NCBI GenBank assembly: GCA_001004265.1
Contig: LCQS01000004.1
Span: 1-51,460, forward strand
Source of the DNA: Parcubacteria group bacterium GW2011_GWA2_51_10
Lineage (GTDB): Bacteria > Patescibacteriota > Minisyncoccia > Phycocordibacterales > UBA2100
Direction: 5' to 3'
Length of the DNA stretch: 51,460 bases
The notes beneath the pieces are model-generated. The model saw nothing but the letters and a program-made list of their open reading frames with translations. It had not been told where the DNA came from and made no database searches. Shown here piece after piece: positions 8,918 to 17,971 of this stretch (the first letter of the stretch is position 1; every line of letters starts with the position of its first letter). Made by a program: the position numbers and the translations under genes.

Positions 8918-10066
8918 CTATATTTCCTGCTTTAAGAGGCGATCCAAATCTCGCAGCACAAAACCACTCGGAATGAATTGAGCAAAAAGATTCATAAGCT
9001 GACGAATCCTTTTCGATTTTACGAGTGTATACAAACGAATCTTATGGCTCAATTCGCGGGCGATCTGAACGCGCGGCAGACGCTTCGACTCGTACCGTTT
9101 GAGAGTATCGGAAATCGGAAATTGCCCCGACACTTTCATCAGCTCTCCCGCAAGCACGTATGCATCTTCCATCGCCATCGAGCCGCCGAGAGCCGCATAC
9201 GGTCCGAATGCATGAGCCGCATCGCCTAGAAGCGCAATTCTTCCTGATACCCATTTGTCGAGTTTCACTTCCATAATGTCTGAGGGGAAGAGATCCTGAT
9301 CTTTATGTTTTGAAATGGATGCGGGGATGAGCGCCGATTCTTCTTTCAAAATTGTCCGTAGCCGCTCGGCACGCCCCTCTGCAGTGTCCCATGCAGTGTG
9401 CTCTACCGGCGCAATGAAGGAGGCGTGCGTCTTGCCATTTGCTTTGAGGACAATTGCGAATTCGGACGGCTCAACGTATTCGGTCAATATGCCAGGAACA
9501 TTGAATCTATCGTCTATCCATGTGTGCCAAACCCTCCAGTTGTCGAATTTTTCTTCGCTCTTTGGGAATGAGAGCTTGCGTACAACCGAATGCGCGCCAT
9601 CGGCACCGACAACAGCATCAAATACACGCGATGTGCCGTCCGTGAATTTCACCGTGACACCTTCCTCATCTTGAACGATGCTTTCAACAGAAAGTCCCAT
9701 GCGTATCTTCGATTGGTCGACACGCGAGAGGAGCCAATCATGGAGGTCGGCACGATTAATGCAGGTGAGCGATGAGCCGTACTTTATAAAAAAATTCCGC
9801 AGATCATAGGTGCGGATGCCGTTGCCCGCGCCATCGCGGATCGCATATGCCTGAATCCGCGTTCCAAACTGATCAAGCCCATCCGCGAGCCCGAGTTTTT
9901 TCAAAATATCGCGCCCGTTGTCCCACAGGCCGATGACGAACCCCTGATGCTCCCAATTCGGGCACTTCTCAATTATTTCGTATTCGATATGCGAGTGCTC
10001 AAGAAACGCCGCAAGTGTAAGCCCGCCGATTCCTCCGCCGACGATGAGAACTTTCATCTTCTGCAT
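8918..10066 (-). CDS. FAD-dependent monooxygenase (UbiH/salicylate hydroxylase-like)
   Basis: N-terminal IVGGGIGG dinucleotide fold and the LLGDAAHAFGPYAALGGSMAMEDA motif. Confidence 0.75.
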   Translation of the reverse strand: MQKMKVLIVGGGIGGLTLAAFLEHSHIEYEIIEKCPNWEHQGFVIGLWDNGRDILKKLGLADGLDQFGTRIQAYAIRDGAGNGIRTYDLRNFFIKYGSSLTCINRADLHDWLLSRVDQSKIRMGLSVESIVQDEEGVTVKFTDGTSRVFDAVVGADGAHSVVRKLSFPKSEEKFDNWRVWHTWIDDRFNVPGILTEYVEPSEFAIVLKANGKTHASFIAPVEHTAWDTAEGRAERLRTILKEESALIPASISKHKDQDLFPSDIMEVKLDKWVSGRIALLGDAAHAFGPYAALGGSMAMEDAYVLAGELMKVSGQFPISDTLKRYESKRLPRVQIARELSHKIRLYTLVKSKRIRQLMNLFAQFIPSGFVLRDLDRLLKQEI

Positions 10067-10071
10067 TATAC

Positions 10072-10162
<91 letters not shown>

Positions 10163-10226
10163 TTGGTTAACAGCCGCAATCGTACTTTACCGATTGTACC
10201 TTATCAAATGTTCAGGTGATACGACT

Positions 10227-10475
10227 TCACTTCCCGTGATAATCGTACGCTTCAAGAGCCGCAATACGATCGAGGAGCACCTTCCTTATTTCCTTGTTTT
10301 CCGGCAAATGCATGATCCCATAATGGGAGTATTCATCGAGTCTTTGTCGCAGAGCGACTCTCTCCTCTTTGTTCTCCGGTATCAAAAAATTTCCTTCCCG
10401 CCATGTTTTGTCAAAAATATAGTCGGGAACAGGACTTTTTCGTTTCTCGGCGGATTTCGACAGCCGTTCGCTCAT
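10227..10475 (-). CDS. Hypothetical small protein
   Basis: 82-aa ORF with TGCTATAAT 6 nt upstream of its ATG. Confidence 0.45.
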   Translation of the reverse strand: MSERLSKSAEKRKSPVPDYIFDKTWREGNFLIPENKEERVALRQRLDEYSHYGIMHLPENKEIRKVLLDRIAALEAYDYHGK

Positions 10476-10481
10476 TTTTGA

Positions 10482-10487
10482 ATTATA
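10482..10487 (-). promoter_or_regulatory. Extended -10 TGCTATAAT, 6 nt upstream of ATG 10475
   Basis: Minus-strand read tgcTATAATtcaaaaATG; no SD. Confidence 0.45.
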
Positions 10488-10542
10488 GCAGAAACCCTTT
10501 GATGGGCGTGGCTAATCATAATTTTCTAGTCAACGTGCATGT

Positions 10543-11196
10543 CTACGCGCGGGCGAAGGCGATCAGGGTGACTTTTGCTCCGGCAGCTTCAAGTCGCTTG
10601 CCGGCGCTCTCTAGTGTTGCACCGGTTGTTGTAACATCGTCAATAAGAAAAATATGCGTATCTTTGATGATCGACTGTGATACAGCAGCGAATGCGCCTT
10701 TCACATTCTGTATTCGCTCATCGCGCGAGAGGTGCGTTTGTTGCCGTGTCGCGCGGATTCGCGCGAGCGCGTGCGGCGCTAGAGAGGCGAGATCGCCATT
10801 GCGAAATTCTTGCGGCAGGCGTTTAAGCACGATATCTACTTGATTAAAGCCGCGCTCGCGCTCGCGGCTCTTATGAAGCGGCACCGGAACAAGCAACACT
10901 CTTTTTTCGGAGAACAACTTCGATGAGGAGATTTCCTCGCGGAGAAAATCAGAGAGTGCGCTCGCGCAGAGGGATGCGGCATGAGCGGAGCCGTCGTACT
11001 TCAGCGAACGGATCAAATCCTCAATGATCGGCTCTCGATAATCCATGAGCGTCGTGATTCTCGTTCTATCAAGAGAGAGTGAGGCAGGGGATACGGGAAT
11101 ATCTTCAAATGTGCGCGCTGTCGTGCGGACACTGCGCTCGCGCCGGGGCAGAATAAGGTCAAGCATGCGGGATAACAGTTTCTTCATGTTTGCCAT
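10543..11196 (-). CDS. comFC: ComF family phosphoribosyltransferase-like competence protein
   Basis: VPVPLH...RGFNQ and the PRTase motif FLIDDVTTTGAT. Confidence 0.75.
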   Translation of the reverse strand: MANMKKLLSRMLDLILPRRERSVRTTARTFEDIPVSPASLSLDRTRITTLMDYREPIIEDLIRSLKYDGSAHAASLCASALSDFLREEISSSKLFSEKRVLLVPVPLHKSRERERGFNQVDIVLKRLPQEFRNGDLASLAPHALARIRATRQQTHLSRDERIQNVKGAFAAVSQSIIKDTHIFLIDDVTTTGATLESAGKRLEAAGAKVTLIAFARA

Positions 11197-11208
11197 TGTA
11201 GCGCGTGC

Positions 11209-11214
11209 TAATCT
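11209..11214 (+). promoter_or_regulatory. Extended -10-like TGCTAATCT, 6 nt upstream of ATG 11221
   Basis: tgcTAATCTgctctcATG; no SD. Confidence 0.35.
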
Positions 11215-11220
11215 GCTCTC

Positions 11221-11544
11221 ATGCTTGCAGACAAGAAATGTGTCCCATGCGAAGGTGGAGTATCGCCGCTCACGCGAGCGGAGGCCGGGACACTGTTAAA
11301 GCAGATTTCCGATTGGAAGATTTCTGATGACGCGGAAAAGATATCAAAAAAATTCAAATTCAGGAACTTTGCCGATGCGCTCGCATTCGTAAACAACGTA
11401 GGAGCGATTGCGGAGCGCGAAGGGCATCATCCTGATCTCCAATTATCGTGGGGAAAGGTTTGCATCGAGCTTTCGACGCACGCAATAGGTGGGCTTTCAG
11501 AAAATGATTTTATTTTGGCCGCCAAGATCGATCAAGTCTCTTAA
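11221..11544 (+). CDS. 4a-hydroxytetrahydrobiopterin (pterin-4a-carbinolamine) dehydratase
   Basis: CVPC...L, F.F.NF..A..F and EREGHHPD motifs. Confidence 0.85.
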   Translation: MLADKKCVPCEGGVSPLTRAEAGTLLKQISDWKISDDAEKISKKFKFRNFADALAFVNNVGAIAEREGHHPDLQLSWGKVCIELSTHAIGGLSENDFILAAKIDQVS

Positions 11545-11573
11545 TTCTGCGGAATACAGTATGAGGAATACGG

Positions 11574-11579
11574 TATACT
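11574..11579 (+). promoter_or_regulatory. -10-like GGTATACT, 6 nt upstream of the pilM ATG
   Basis: cggTATACTgttcacATG; no SD. Confidence 0.45.
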
Positions 11580-11585
11580 GTTCAC

Positions 11586-12719
11586 ATGGTTGCTTTTTCT
11601 CTCGGCAAATTGTTCGGCCGCTCTCAAGAAGGAAGTATTCTTGGAATTGATATTGGGGCATCGTCGGCGAAAGTCGTGCAGCTTCGCGCATCAAAAGGCG
11701 CGGCGATTTTAGAAACATACGGCGAAATTGCGCTTGGTCCATACGGCAATGCCGCAATCGGTAAGGCGGTAAAGCTGCCGCCTGAAAAAATCGCCGAAGC
11801 GCTCACCGATCTCATGCGAGAAGCCAACGTAACGGCGCGCACAGGCGGGCTTTCCATCCCTTTTTCAGCATCTCTTGTGTCTATCATCGACTTGCCAAAG
11901 GTGGACGACGACGCTCTCGCGCGCATGGTGCCCATAGAGGCGCGAAAATACATTCCCATTCCGATAAGCGAAGTGACGCTCGATTGGTTCGTTATTCCCC
12001 GCGAGGAAGAAGGCGCGAGCGCTTTTGACAGAGTTGAGGAGCCTTCGCCTCTCCGAGCCAAAGGCCAGGAAGTGCTCCTCGTTGCAATACACAACGCGAC
12101 AGTGAAAAATTATCAGGCCATCGCGAGCGCCATCGGAGTAAAGGTCCATTTTTTTGAAATAGAAATTTTCAGCGAAGCGCGCTCGTCAATGGAGCACGGC
12201 ACGGCGCCAGTTTTGGTTGTTGATATTGGCGCGGCAATGACAAAGATGTACATCGTCGAGCGGGGGATCGTGCGCCTCACGCACCTTGTCACAACTGGCG
12301 GCCAGCATATGACAGATACTCTTGCGCGCTCTCTATCATGGGATTTTGAGAAAGCGGAGCGCGTAAAGCGCGAGCGCGGTCTCATAGATTCCAGCGCATA
12401 TGGCACGGAAGAGAATGCAAAAATCAAGTCGGCGCTGTTATCAACACTCGCGCGCGTGTTTGCGGAGGTAGACCGTGTACTATTGAGCTACGGGCAGCGA
12501 TATAATAAAAACGTGTCGCATGTTCTCTTTGCAGGCGGCGGCGCTTCGCTTCCCGGACTCAAAGAGCACGCGAAAACAGCGCTGCGGGCCGAAGTCACTG
12601 TTGCCGATCCTTTCGCACGGGCGGAAGCGCCGGCGTTCCTGAAAGATGTGCTTCAGCAAATCGGGCCCGGGTTTGCCGTTTCCATTGGACTTGCCCTCCG
12701 AGAGCTAAAACATCTTTAG
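11586..12719 (+). CDS. pilM: Type IV pilus assembly protein PilM (actin-like ATPase fold)
   Basis: ILGIDIGASSAKVVQL N-terminus, a second DIGA motif, and its position at the head of the pilus operon. Confidence 0.8.
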   Translation: MVAFSLGKLFGRSQEGSILGIDIGASSAKVVQLRASKGAAILETYGEIALGPYGNAAIGKAVKLPPEKIAEALTDLMREANVTARTGGLSIPFSASLVSIIDLPKVDDDALARMVPIEARKYIPIPISEVTLDWFVIPREEEGASAFDRVEEPSPLRAKGQEVLLVAIHNATVKNYQAIASAIGVKVHFFEIEIFSEARSSMEHGTAPVLVVDIGAAMTKMYIVERGIVRLTHLVTTGGQHMTDTLARSLSWDFEKAERVKRERGLIDSSAYGTEENAKIKSALLSTLARVFAEVDRVLLSYGQRYNKNVSHVLFAGGGASLPGLKEHAKTALRAEVTVADPFARAEAPAFLKDVLQQIGPGFAVSIGLALRELKHL

Positions 12720-12724
12720 AACGG

Positions 12725-12787
12725 AGAACGTAGTAAGTACAACAAAATGCAAAACTTTCTCTCAGCTTCATCTACGTTCTACGAACT
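12725..12787. repeat. Pair of 7-nt-period repeat blocks with complementary 9-mers upstream of the PilN-like gene
   Basis: AGAACGTAG (12725-12733) is the reverse complement of CTACGTTCT (12772-12780). Confidence 0.6.
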
Positions 12788-12792
12788 AAATT

Positions 12793-13503
12793 ATGTCTGA
12801 AGTACAATCATCGTTTATTCCACCCGATACGGTGACGCCGTCTGGCAAAAGGCGCGAAAGCGGCGGCGGATTGTCTGACTTTCTTTCTCTCGTCGGGCTC
12901 GTGCTTGTTGTTGCATCTGTCGTTCTCGCTATTGGCGTTTTCCTCTACCAGCAATTTCTGGATGAAAGCAAAGAGAGCAGGCTCAAGCAGTTGAAGCACG
13001 CGAAGGAGCAGTTCCAGCCGACCCTCATACTTGAGATGACGCGGCTCGATGATCGGATGGAAGCGGCCGAGACGATTCTCGCCAATCACCCTGCTCCGTC
13101 CACATTTTTCCACATGCTGGAGCAGGTTACGCTCTCGACGGTCTCTTTCCGCTCTCTCGCTTTTGAGGTTGTAGATGCGCAGACGATTACGATAAAGATG
13201 GACGGCATCGCAAAGAGCGTGAACGCAGTCGCGCTTCAAGCAGATCTTTTCAGCAAGAACGGCGTTATCACGAGCCCTATATTTTCCAATATTGATCGGC
13301 AGCAAGATGGCGTCCATTTTAGCCTTACCGCAAACATCAATCCCGCGGCCATTCGCTATCGGCAGCTGATCGCGGATTTGATAGCGGCAGCACAGAACGC
13401 GCCAGGAGAGGCAACAGAAGAATTACCGGCAAGCAGTGCAGCACCGTTTAGTCCGTCGCAGCAAGAAGACTCTCGCGCAACAGGCCCCGGCGATCAACAA
13501 TAA
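12793..13503 (+). CDS. PilN-like pilus assembly membrane protein
   Basis: A single N-terminal TM segment followed by a coiled region, immediately after pilM. Confidence 0.5.
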   Translation: MSEVQSSFIPPDTVTPSGKRRESGGGLSDFLSLVGLVLVVASVVLAIGVFLYQQFLDESKESRLKQLKHAKEQFQPTLILEMTRLDDRMEAAETILANHPAPSTFFHMLEQVTLSTVSFRSLAFEVVDAQTITIKMDGIAKSVNAVALQADLFSKNGVITSPIFSNIDRQQDGVHFSLTANINPAAIRYRQLIADLIAAAQNAPGEATEELPASSAAPFSPSQQEDSRATGPGDQQ

Positions 13504-13507
13504 TATT

Positions 13508-14068
13508 ATGATTCGCACTATTTTTTCAGTTGTAGCTCTCCTTGCCGCCGGGGTGATCTTCTTTATGTATACGCAGCCTACGTATGGATCGCTCTCTCTT
13601 ATTAAGGGCGAGATAGATCAATACAATAAGGCGCTTGAGAAGGCGGATGAGCTCAAGAAACAAAAAGAGGAGCTTCTGAAGAAATTCAACGCCATTGATC
13701 AGGAGTCAAAAGACAGATTGCTGAAGCTCCTTCCCAATCATGTCGACAACGTCAGGTTGATCCTTGATATAGACGGTCTTGCGGGCGCGTTTAACATACC
13801 CTTGAAGAACGTCGCTATTAACAGCTCTGAAACTGATGAGACAGGAAAATCTGTTATTAAATCGATTTCGTCGGGAAAGCAAAAATATGATTCGCTCACG
13901 CTCAAATTCGCGACCGAGAGCACCTATCCCGAATTTGTCCGCTTTATCGAAGCGCTCCAAGCGTCTCTGCGCATTGTGGACATCGTCTCTCTTAACGTTG
14001 CCCCGGGCGCCTCAGGCGGCGGCATATATCAATATACCGTTACCATTAAAACGTACTGGCTCCGCTGA
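13508..14068 (+). CDS. PilO-like pilus assembly membrane protein
   Basis: N-terminal TM then a coiled coil (KKQKEELLKKF). ATG at 13508; the track start 13436 overlaps the upstream gene. Confidence 0.5.
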   Translation: MIRTIFSVVALLAAGVIFFMYTQPTYGSLSLIKGEIDQYNKALEKADELKKQKEELLKKFNAIDQESKDRLLKLLPNHVDNVRLILDIDGLAGAFNIPLKNVAINSSETDETGKSVIKSISSGKQKYDSLTLKFATESTYPEFVRFIEALQASLRIVDIVSLNVAPGASGGGIYQYTVTIKTYWLR

Positions 14069-14433
14069 TGTCGCGTATGAGTACACTTAAACAATACAAA
14101 ATAGCACTTCTCGGGATCGCGATCGTCGTTGCGCTCTTCATCTGGTGGGGCCTTCGCGGCTCGCCGCAAGACGTACCTCTCCTTACGACAGAGGCACTCG
14201 GGGGCGCCACCGGCATAGAAAAGGAGCTTGTCGAAACACTCATAACGGTTCAATCAATATCGCTGACCGGCACGATCTTTTCCGATCCAGCATTCCGGAG
14301 TCTGGGGGATTTCGGAAGGGAAATTATCCCCGAGCCGATGGGCCGCCGAGATCCGTTTGCGCCGCTTGCCCCTGGAGATCTTGATGAAAATGCGGAGAGC
14401 GAAGTCCCGGCGCAACTCTTTCGCGCGAGGTAA
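14068..14433 (+). CDS. Small membrane-anchored pilus-operon protein (PilP-like position)
   Basis: Its ATG overlaps the upstream TGA, and it has an N-terminal TM segment. Confidence 0.45.
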   Translation: MSRMSTLKQYKIALLGIAIVVALFIWWGLRGSPQDVPLLTTEALGGATGIEKELVETLITVQSISLTGTIFSDPAFRSLGDFGREIIPEPMGRRDPFAPLAPGDLDENAESEVPAQLFRAR

Positions 14434-14486
14434 TCTGAACGCACAACGTATTGCGAACGGCGAGATTCAGCATGCGCGCCATGCGG

Positions 14487-14492
14487 TACAAT
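14487..14492 (+). promoter_or_regulatory. -10-like TACAAT, 7 nt upstream of the pilB ATG
   Basis: ggTACAATactaattATG; no SD. Confidence 0.4.
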
Positions 14493-14499
14493 ACTAATT

Positions 14500-16242
14500 A
14501 TGCCGAGTAATACGCAGATTAATCCCGCGGCGACTGCCGCGACCCCCGCCGCCGGAGAGATCCCAACGCGAGTAATCGGCGATAAGAAGATTTCGTACGA
14601 CATACTGCGCTACATCCCGGAAGAATCCGCGGAGCATTACAAATTGGCGCCGCTTAGTGTCGTAGACGGCGTGCTGGAAGTTGGCATGGTTGAGCCCGAC
14701 AATCTCGGTGGCATCGACGCTCTGAATTTCATCACGCGCAATACGGGCCTTCCGTTCAAGCTCTTCAAGATATCGGCGGAGGATTTTGAGCATATTTTGC
14801 AGATGTATCGGGGGCTCGGCGGTGAAGTCGAACGCGCGGTTTCAGATTTGGCCGCAGAACAAAAGGAGCGGCTAGCCAAGGATGGAGCGGCACTCGGACT
14901 CGATTTAAATGATCCCTCTATCGGGCGCAAGGATGCTGACGATCTGGTAGAGCATATCCAGGAAGATGCGCCGACCATTAAGATAGTTTCAACGATATTG
15001 CGCTATGCGATAGATGGGAAAGCCTCCGACGTGCATATCGAACCGCTCCCGAGCGGGGTGCGCGTGCGCTACCGCGTCGACGGCGAACTCCATACGAGCG
15101 TCATCCTTCCTTTGAGCACGCATCGCGCGCTTATCGCGCGCGTGAAGGTGCTCGCTTCCATTCGGCTCGACGAGCAACGAAAACCGCAGGACGGACGGTT
15201 CTCTGCGACGATAGACAATCGCCCGATAGATTTTCGCGTTTCGACATTCCCGTCGTACTACGGCGAAAAGGTCGTCATGCGTATCCTCGATCGTGATCAG
15301 GGATTTATTCCACTCGACAAAATCGGGCTTACAGAACGCAACCTTACGCTCTTGAGGCGCGCCATCAAACGCCCGCATGGCCTGATCCTTCTTTCCGGCC
15401 CCACAGGATCTGGAAAATCAACGACTCTCTACTCCATGCTCAATGAGATCGATCGTGAGCATAAGAATGTGCTTTCACTCGAAGATCCTATCGAATACTT
15501 CGTCGATGGCGTCACCCAATCGCAGGTGAAGCCGGAAATCGGCTACACGTTTGCAACGGGGCTCCGCACAACGCTGCGGCAGGATCCGGACGTCATCATG
15601 GTCGGCGAGATCCGCGATTCCGAGACGGCCAAGCTTGCGTTCCAAGCGGCGCTCACTGGGCACCTCGTGCTATCGACGATCCACACGAATGATGCAGTGG
15701 GCACGATTCCGCGCCTCATAGACATGGGAGTTGAACCCTATCTCATTCCGCCGGTTTTGATCCTCTCCATGGCACAGCGCCTAGCGCGCACTCTGTGTTC
15801 TGATGGCGGTAAAGAAATCGAGATTTCCGCGAGCGATCGCAAAAGCATTGAAGCGAACATGAGCAGTCTGCCTCCCAAATACCGATTCGAAATACCGCGC
15901 GTTGCATACGAAGCGGCAAAAACACCGACGTGTCCAACGGGAATGCGCGGGCGCATGGCGGTGTTCGAAGCCCTGGAAATGTCGCCGGAGATCGAGCGTA
16001 TCATTTTGGAGCATCCCGTCGAATCGAAGCTCTGGGCCGCGGCGCGTGCGCAGGGCATGCTCACGATGCGCGAAGACGCGCTCGTGAAGGCATTCCACAA
16101 GCTCGTTCCTTTCACGGAGGTGAACAATTTGAGCAGCCTTCTTCTTGCGGGGGATACCGATGTCGGTGAGGAAGAGAAAGAGGAAGGGGAAGAAGGAGGA
16201 AAGACACGTAAAGCAAAAGGCGAAGAAAAAGACAAGGTATGA
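14500..16242 (+). CDS. pilB: Type IV pilus assembly ATPase PilB (GspE family)
   Basis: GSPII_E N-domain, Walker A GPTGSGKST, Asp/His boxes, tetracysteine-like region and an E/K-rich C-terminal tail. Confidence 0.9.
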   Translation: MPSNTQINPAATAATPAAGEIPTRVIGDKKISYDILRYIPEESAEHYKLAPLSVVDGVLEVGMVEPDNLGGIDALNFITRNTGLPFKLFKISAEDFEHILQMYRGLGGEVERAVSDLAAEQKERLAKDGAALGLDLNDPSIGRKDADDLVEHIQEDAPTIKIVSTILRYAIDGKASDVHIEPLPSGVRVRYRVDGELHTSVILPLSTHRALIARVKVLASIRLDEQRKPQDGRFSATIDNRPIDFRVSTFPSYYGEKVVMRILDRDQGFIPLDKIGLTERNLTLLRRAIKRPHGLILLSGPTGSGKSTTLYSMLNEIDREHKNVLSLEDPIEYFVDGVTQSQVKPEIGYTFATGLRTTLRQDPDVIMVGEIRDSETAKLAFQAALTGHLVLSTIHTNDAVGTIPRLIDMGVEPYLIPPVLILSMAQRLARTLCSDGGKEIEISASDRKSIEANMSSLPPKYRFEIPRVAYEAAKTPTCPTGMRGRMAVFEALEMSPEIERIILEHPVESKLWAAARAQGMLTMREDALVKAFHKLVPFTEVNNLSSLLLAGDTDVGEEEKEEGEEGGKTRKAKGEEKDKV

Positions 16243-16279
16243 CCCAATAGTGCCCCTCATCTTTAGGCCTACACATACA

Positions 16280-16705
16280 ATGGAGACAGGAAACAAAGAA
16301 AACAAAAACGGAGGAACAAAAGGACAAGTTTTGCTCGTTGATGACGACAAATTTTTGATCGACATGTATGCGATGAAATTCACAACAGGAGGATATACCG
16401 TAGAGGCCCACCTTTCTGCGGGCGACGCCCTCACGGCACTTCGCGGCGGATTTGTTCCGGACGCGATTGTTTTTGACCTCATCATGCCCGAGCATGACGG
16501 CTTTTCATTTCTCCAGACGCTTTCGGCGGAGCATCTCGGGGGAGAGGCGGTGCGCATCGCACTCACCAATGAGAGCGATGACAATGCGCAGAAGAAAGCA
16601 TCAGAGCTCGGTGCCGATCGCCTCGTCGTCAAAGCAAATACCATTCCTTCTGAAGTTGTCGCAATAGTCGGGGAGGAGATCACTAAAAAACAACGAAAGC
16701 AATGA
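16280..16705 (+). CDS. Receiver-only response regulator (CheY/PilH-like)
   Basis: VLLVDDD...D.IMPE.DG...K receiver motifs with no output domain. ATG at 16280. Confidence 0.8.
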   Translation: METGNKENKNGGTKGQVLLVDDDKFLIDMYAMKFTTGGYTVEAHLSAGDALTALRGGFVPDAIVFDLIMPEHDGFSFLQTLSAEHLGGEAVRIALTNESDDNAQKKASELGADRLVVKANTIPSEVVAIVGEEITKKQRKQ

Positions 16706-16719
16706 GTATGTTTTTTATG

Positions 16720-16842
16720 ACCCTGTTAAATCCTGCATCGCAGGACGACATGTCAGTTCTTCACATGCATCATGCATAATGGATTATGTATTGCAGACAT
16801 GCGCTACAATGCGGGGTAAGAGCATGTCGTATTTAACAGGGT
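16720..16842. other. Structured 123-nt intergenic element with a long-range 12+8-bp inverted repeat
   Basis: ACCCTGTTAAAT-[CCTGCatcGCAGG]-ACGACATG ... CATGTCGT-ATTTAACAGGGT. Confidence 0.6.
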
Positions 16843-16886
16843 GTAAGAGCTTCTAAATTCGTTATCACTCATTAAGAATCTCTAAC

Positions 16887-17951
16887 ATGACAGACTACCC
16901 CGCGCAGCTAAAAAAATACATCAATGTACTTTCTCATGAGGGCGGCTCTGATATTCACTTCACATCCGGAGCGCATCCGACAATTCGTGTATCCGGATCG
17001 CTCGCGCCCATGCTCCGCGAGCCAGTCCTCTCGGGCGAAGATACGGTAAGTTTTCTTAGAGTGCTCGCGCGGCCCGATCAGGAGAAGCGCTTTCTTGAGG
17101 CACAGGAACTTGATTTCGCATACGAAACCGAAGACCGCATACGATTCCGCGGCAATGCGTTCTACCAGAGAGGAGCCGTGGGGATCGCGCTGCGTCTCAT
17201 TCCACGTCAGATACGCACGCTCCAGGAATTGAATCTACCGGACGTGCTTGCGACATTCGCGCGCAAATCGCAGGGCTTTTTTCTCGTCGTTGGCCCCGTC
17301 GGACACGGGAAAACGACAACGCTCGCCGCTCTCATTGATCTCATTAACACGGAGCGTATGGAGCACATCGTCACGGTAGAGGATCCAATAGAATACGTGT
17401 TCGAACCGAAGCAGTCTTTAATAGAGCAGCGGGAAGTGCGCATTGATACAAAAGATTTTCCCACGGCGCTCCAATCCGCTTTCAGACAAGATATAGATGT
17501 TTTAATGGTTGGAGAAATGCGGGGGCCGGAAACCATGTCATCCGCGGTGACGGCGGCAGAAACAGGGCACCTCGTGCTGTCAACACTCCACACGAACAAT
17601 GCGGCACAGACGATAGATAGAATCATCGATACCTTCACAGCCGTTCAGCAGGATCAAATCAGATTGCAGCTTGCCTCCTCGATGGCGGGTATTTTCTCCC
17701 AGCGTCTCATTCCACGTATTTCAGGTGGTCTTATTCCGGCTTACGAGCTCCTCATCAACAATAAGGCGGTAGCCAATTTGATTCGGGAAAAGCGAACGCA
17801 CGAATTGAATACGGTCATTGAAACGAGTTCGGGAGAGGGGATGGTGGATATGAATCGCTCGCTCGCCGAGCTTGTGGCAAGAGGGGAAATTACCGTAGAG
17901 AGCGCATACCAAAATTCACTCAATCCCAATGTACTCCAAAAATTACTTTAA
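16887..17951 (+). CDS. pilT: Twitching-motility ATPase PilT
   Basis: GSDIH..., Walker A GPVGHGKTT, and the AHLV-type motif TGHLVLSTLHTNNAAQTIDRI. Confidence 0.9.
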   Translation: MTDYPAQLKKYINVLSHEGGSDIHFTSGAHPTIRVSGSLAPMLREPVLSGEDTVSFLRVLARPDQEKRFLEAQELDFAYETEDRIRFRGNAFYQRGAVGIALRLIPRQIRTLQELNLPDVLATFARKSQGFFLVVGPVGHGKTTTLAALIDLINTERMEHIVTVEDPIEYVFEPKQSLIEQREVRIDTKDFPTALQSAFRQDIDVLMVGEMRGPETMSSAVTAAETGHLVLSTLHTNNAAQTIDRIIDTFTAVQQDQIRLQLASSMAGIFSQRLIPRISGGLIPAYELLINNKAVANLIREKRTHELNTVIETSSGEGMVDMNRSLAELVARGEITVESAYQNSLNPNVLQKLL

Positions 17952-17971
17952 AAATTCGGATTTTATAAAGT

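Noticed and set aside
15781-16683. 300-aa minus-strand ORF; also 15738..16247 (minus)
   Set aside because: Both are antisense to the well-supported pilB and receiver genes. The translations are low-complexity and Ser/Arg/Pro-rich.
16720-16842. An invertible promoter switch (fimS-like) driving pilT
   Set aside because: The inverted repeats flank only ~70 nt, no recombinase gene is nearby, and no convincing -35/-10 pair with proper spacing lies inside. I report it only as a structured element.
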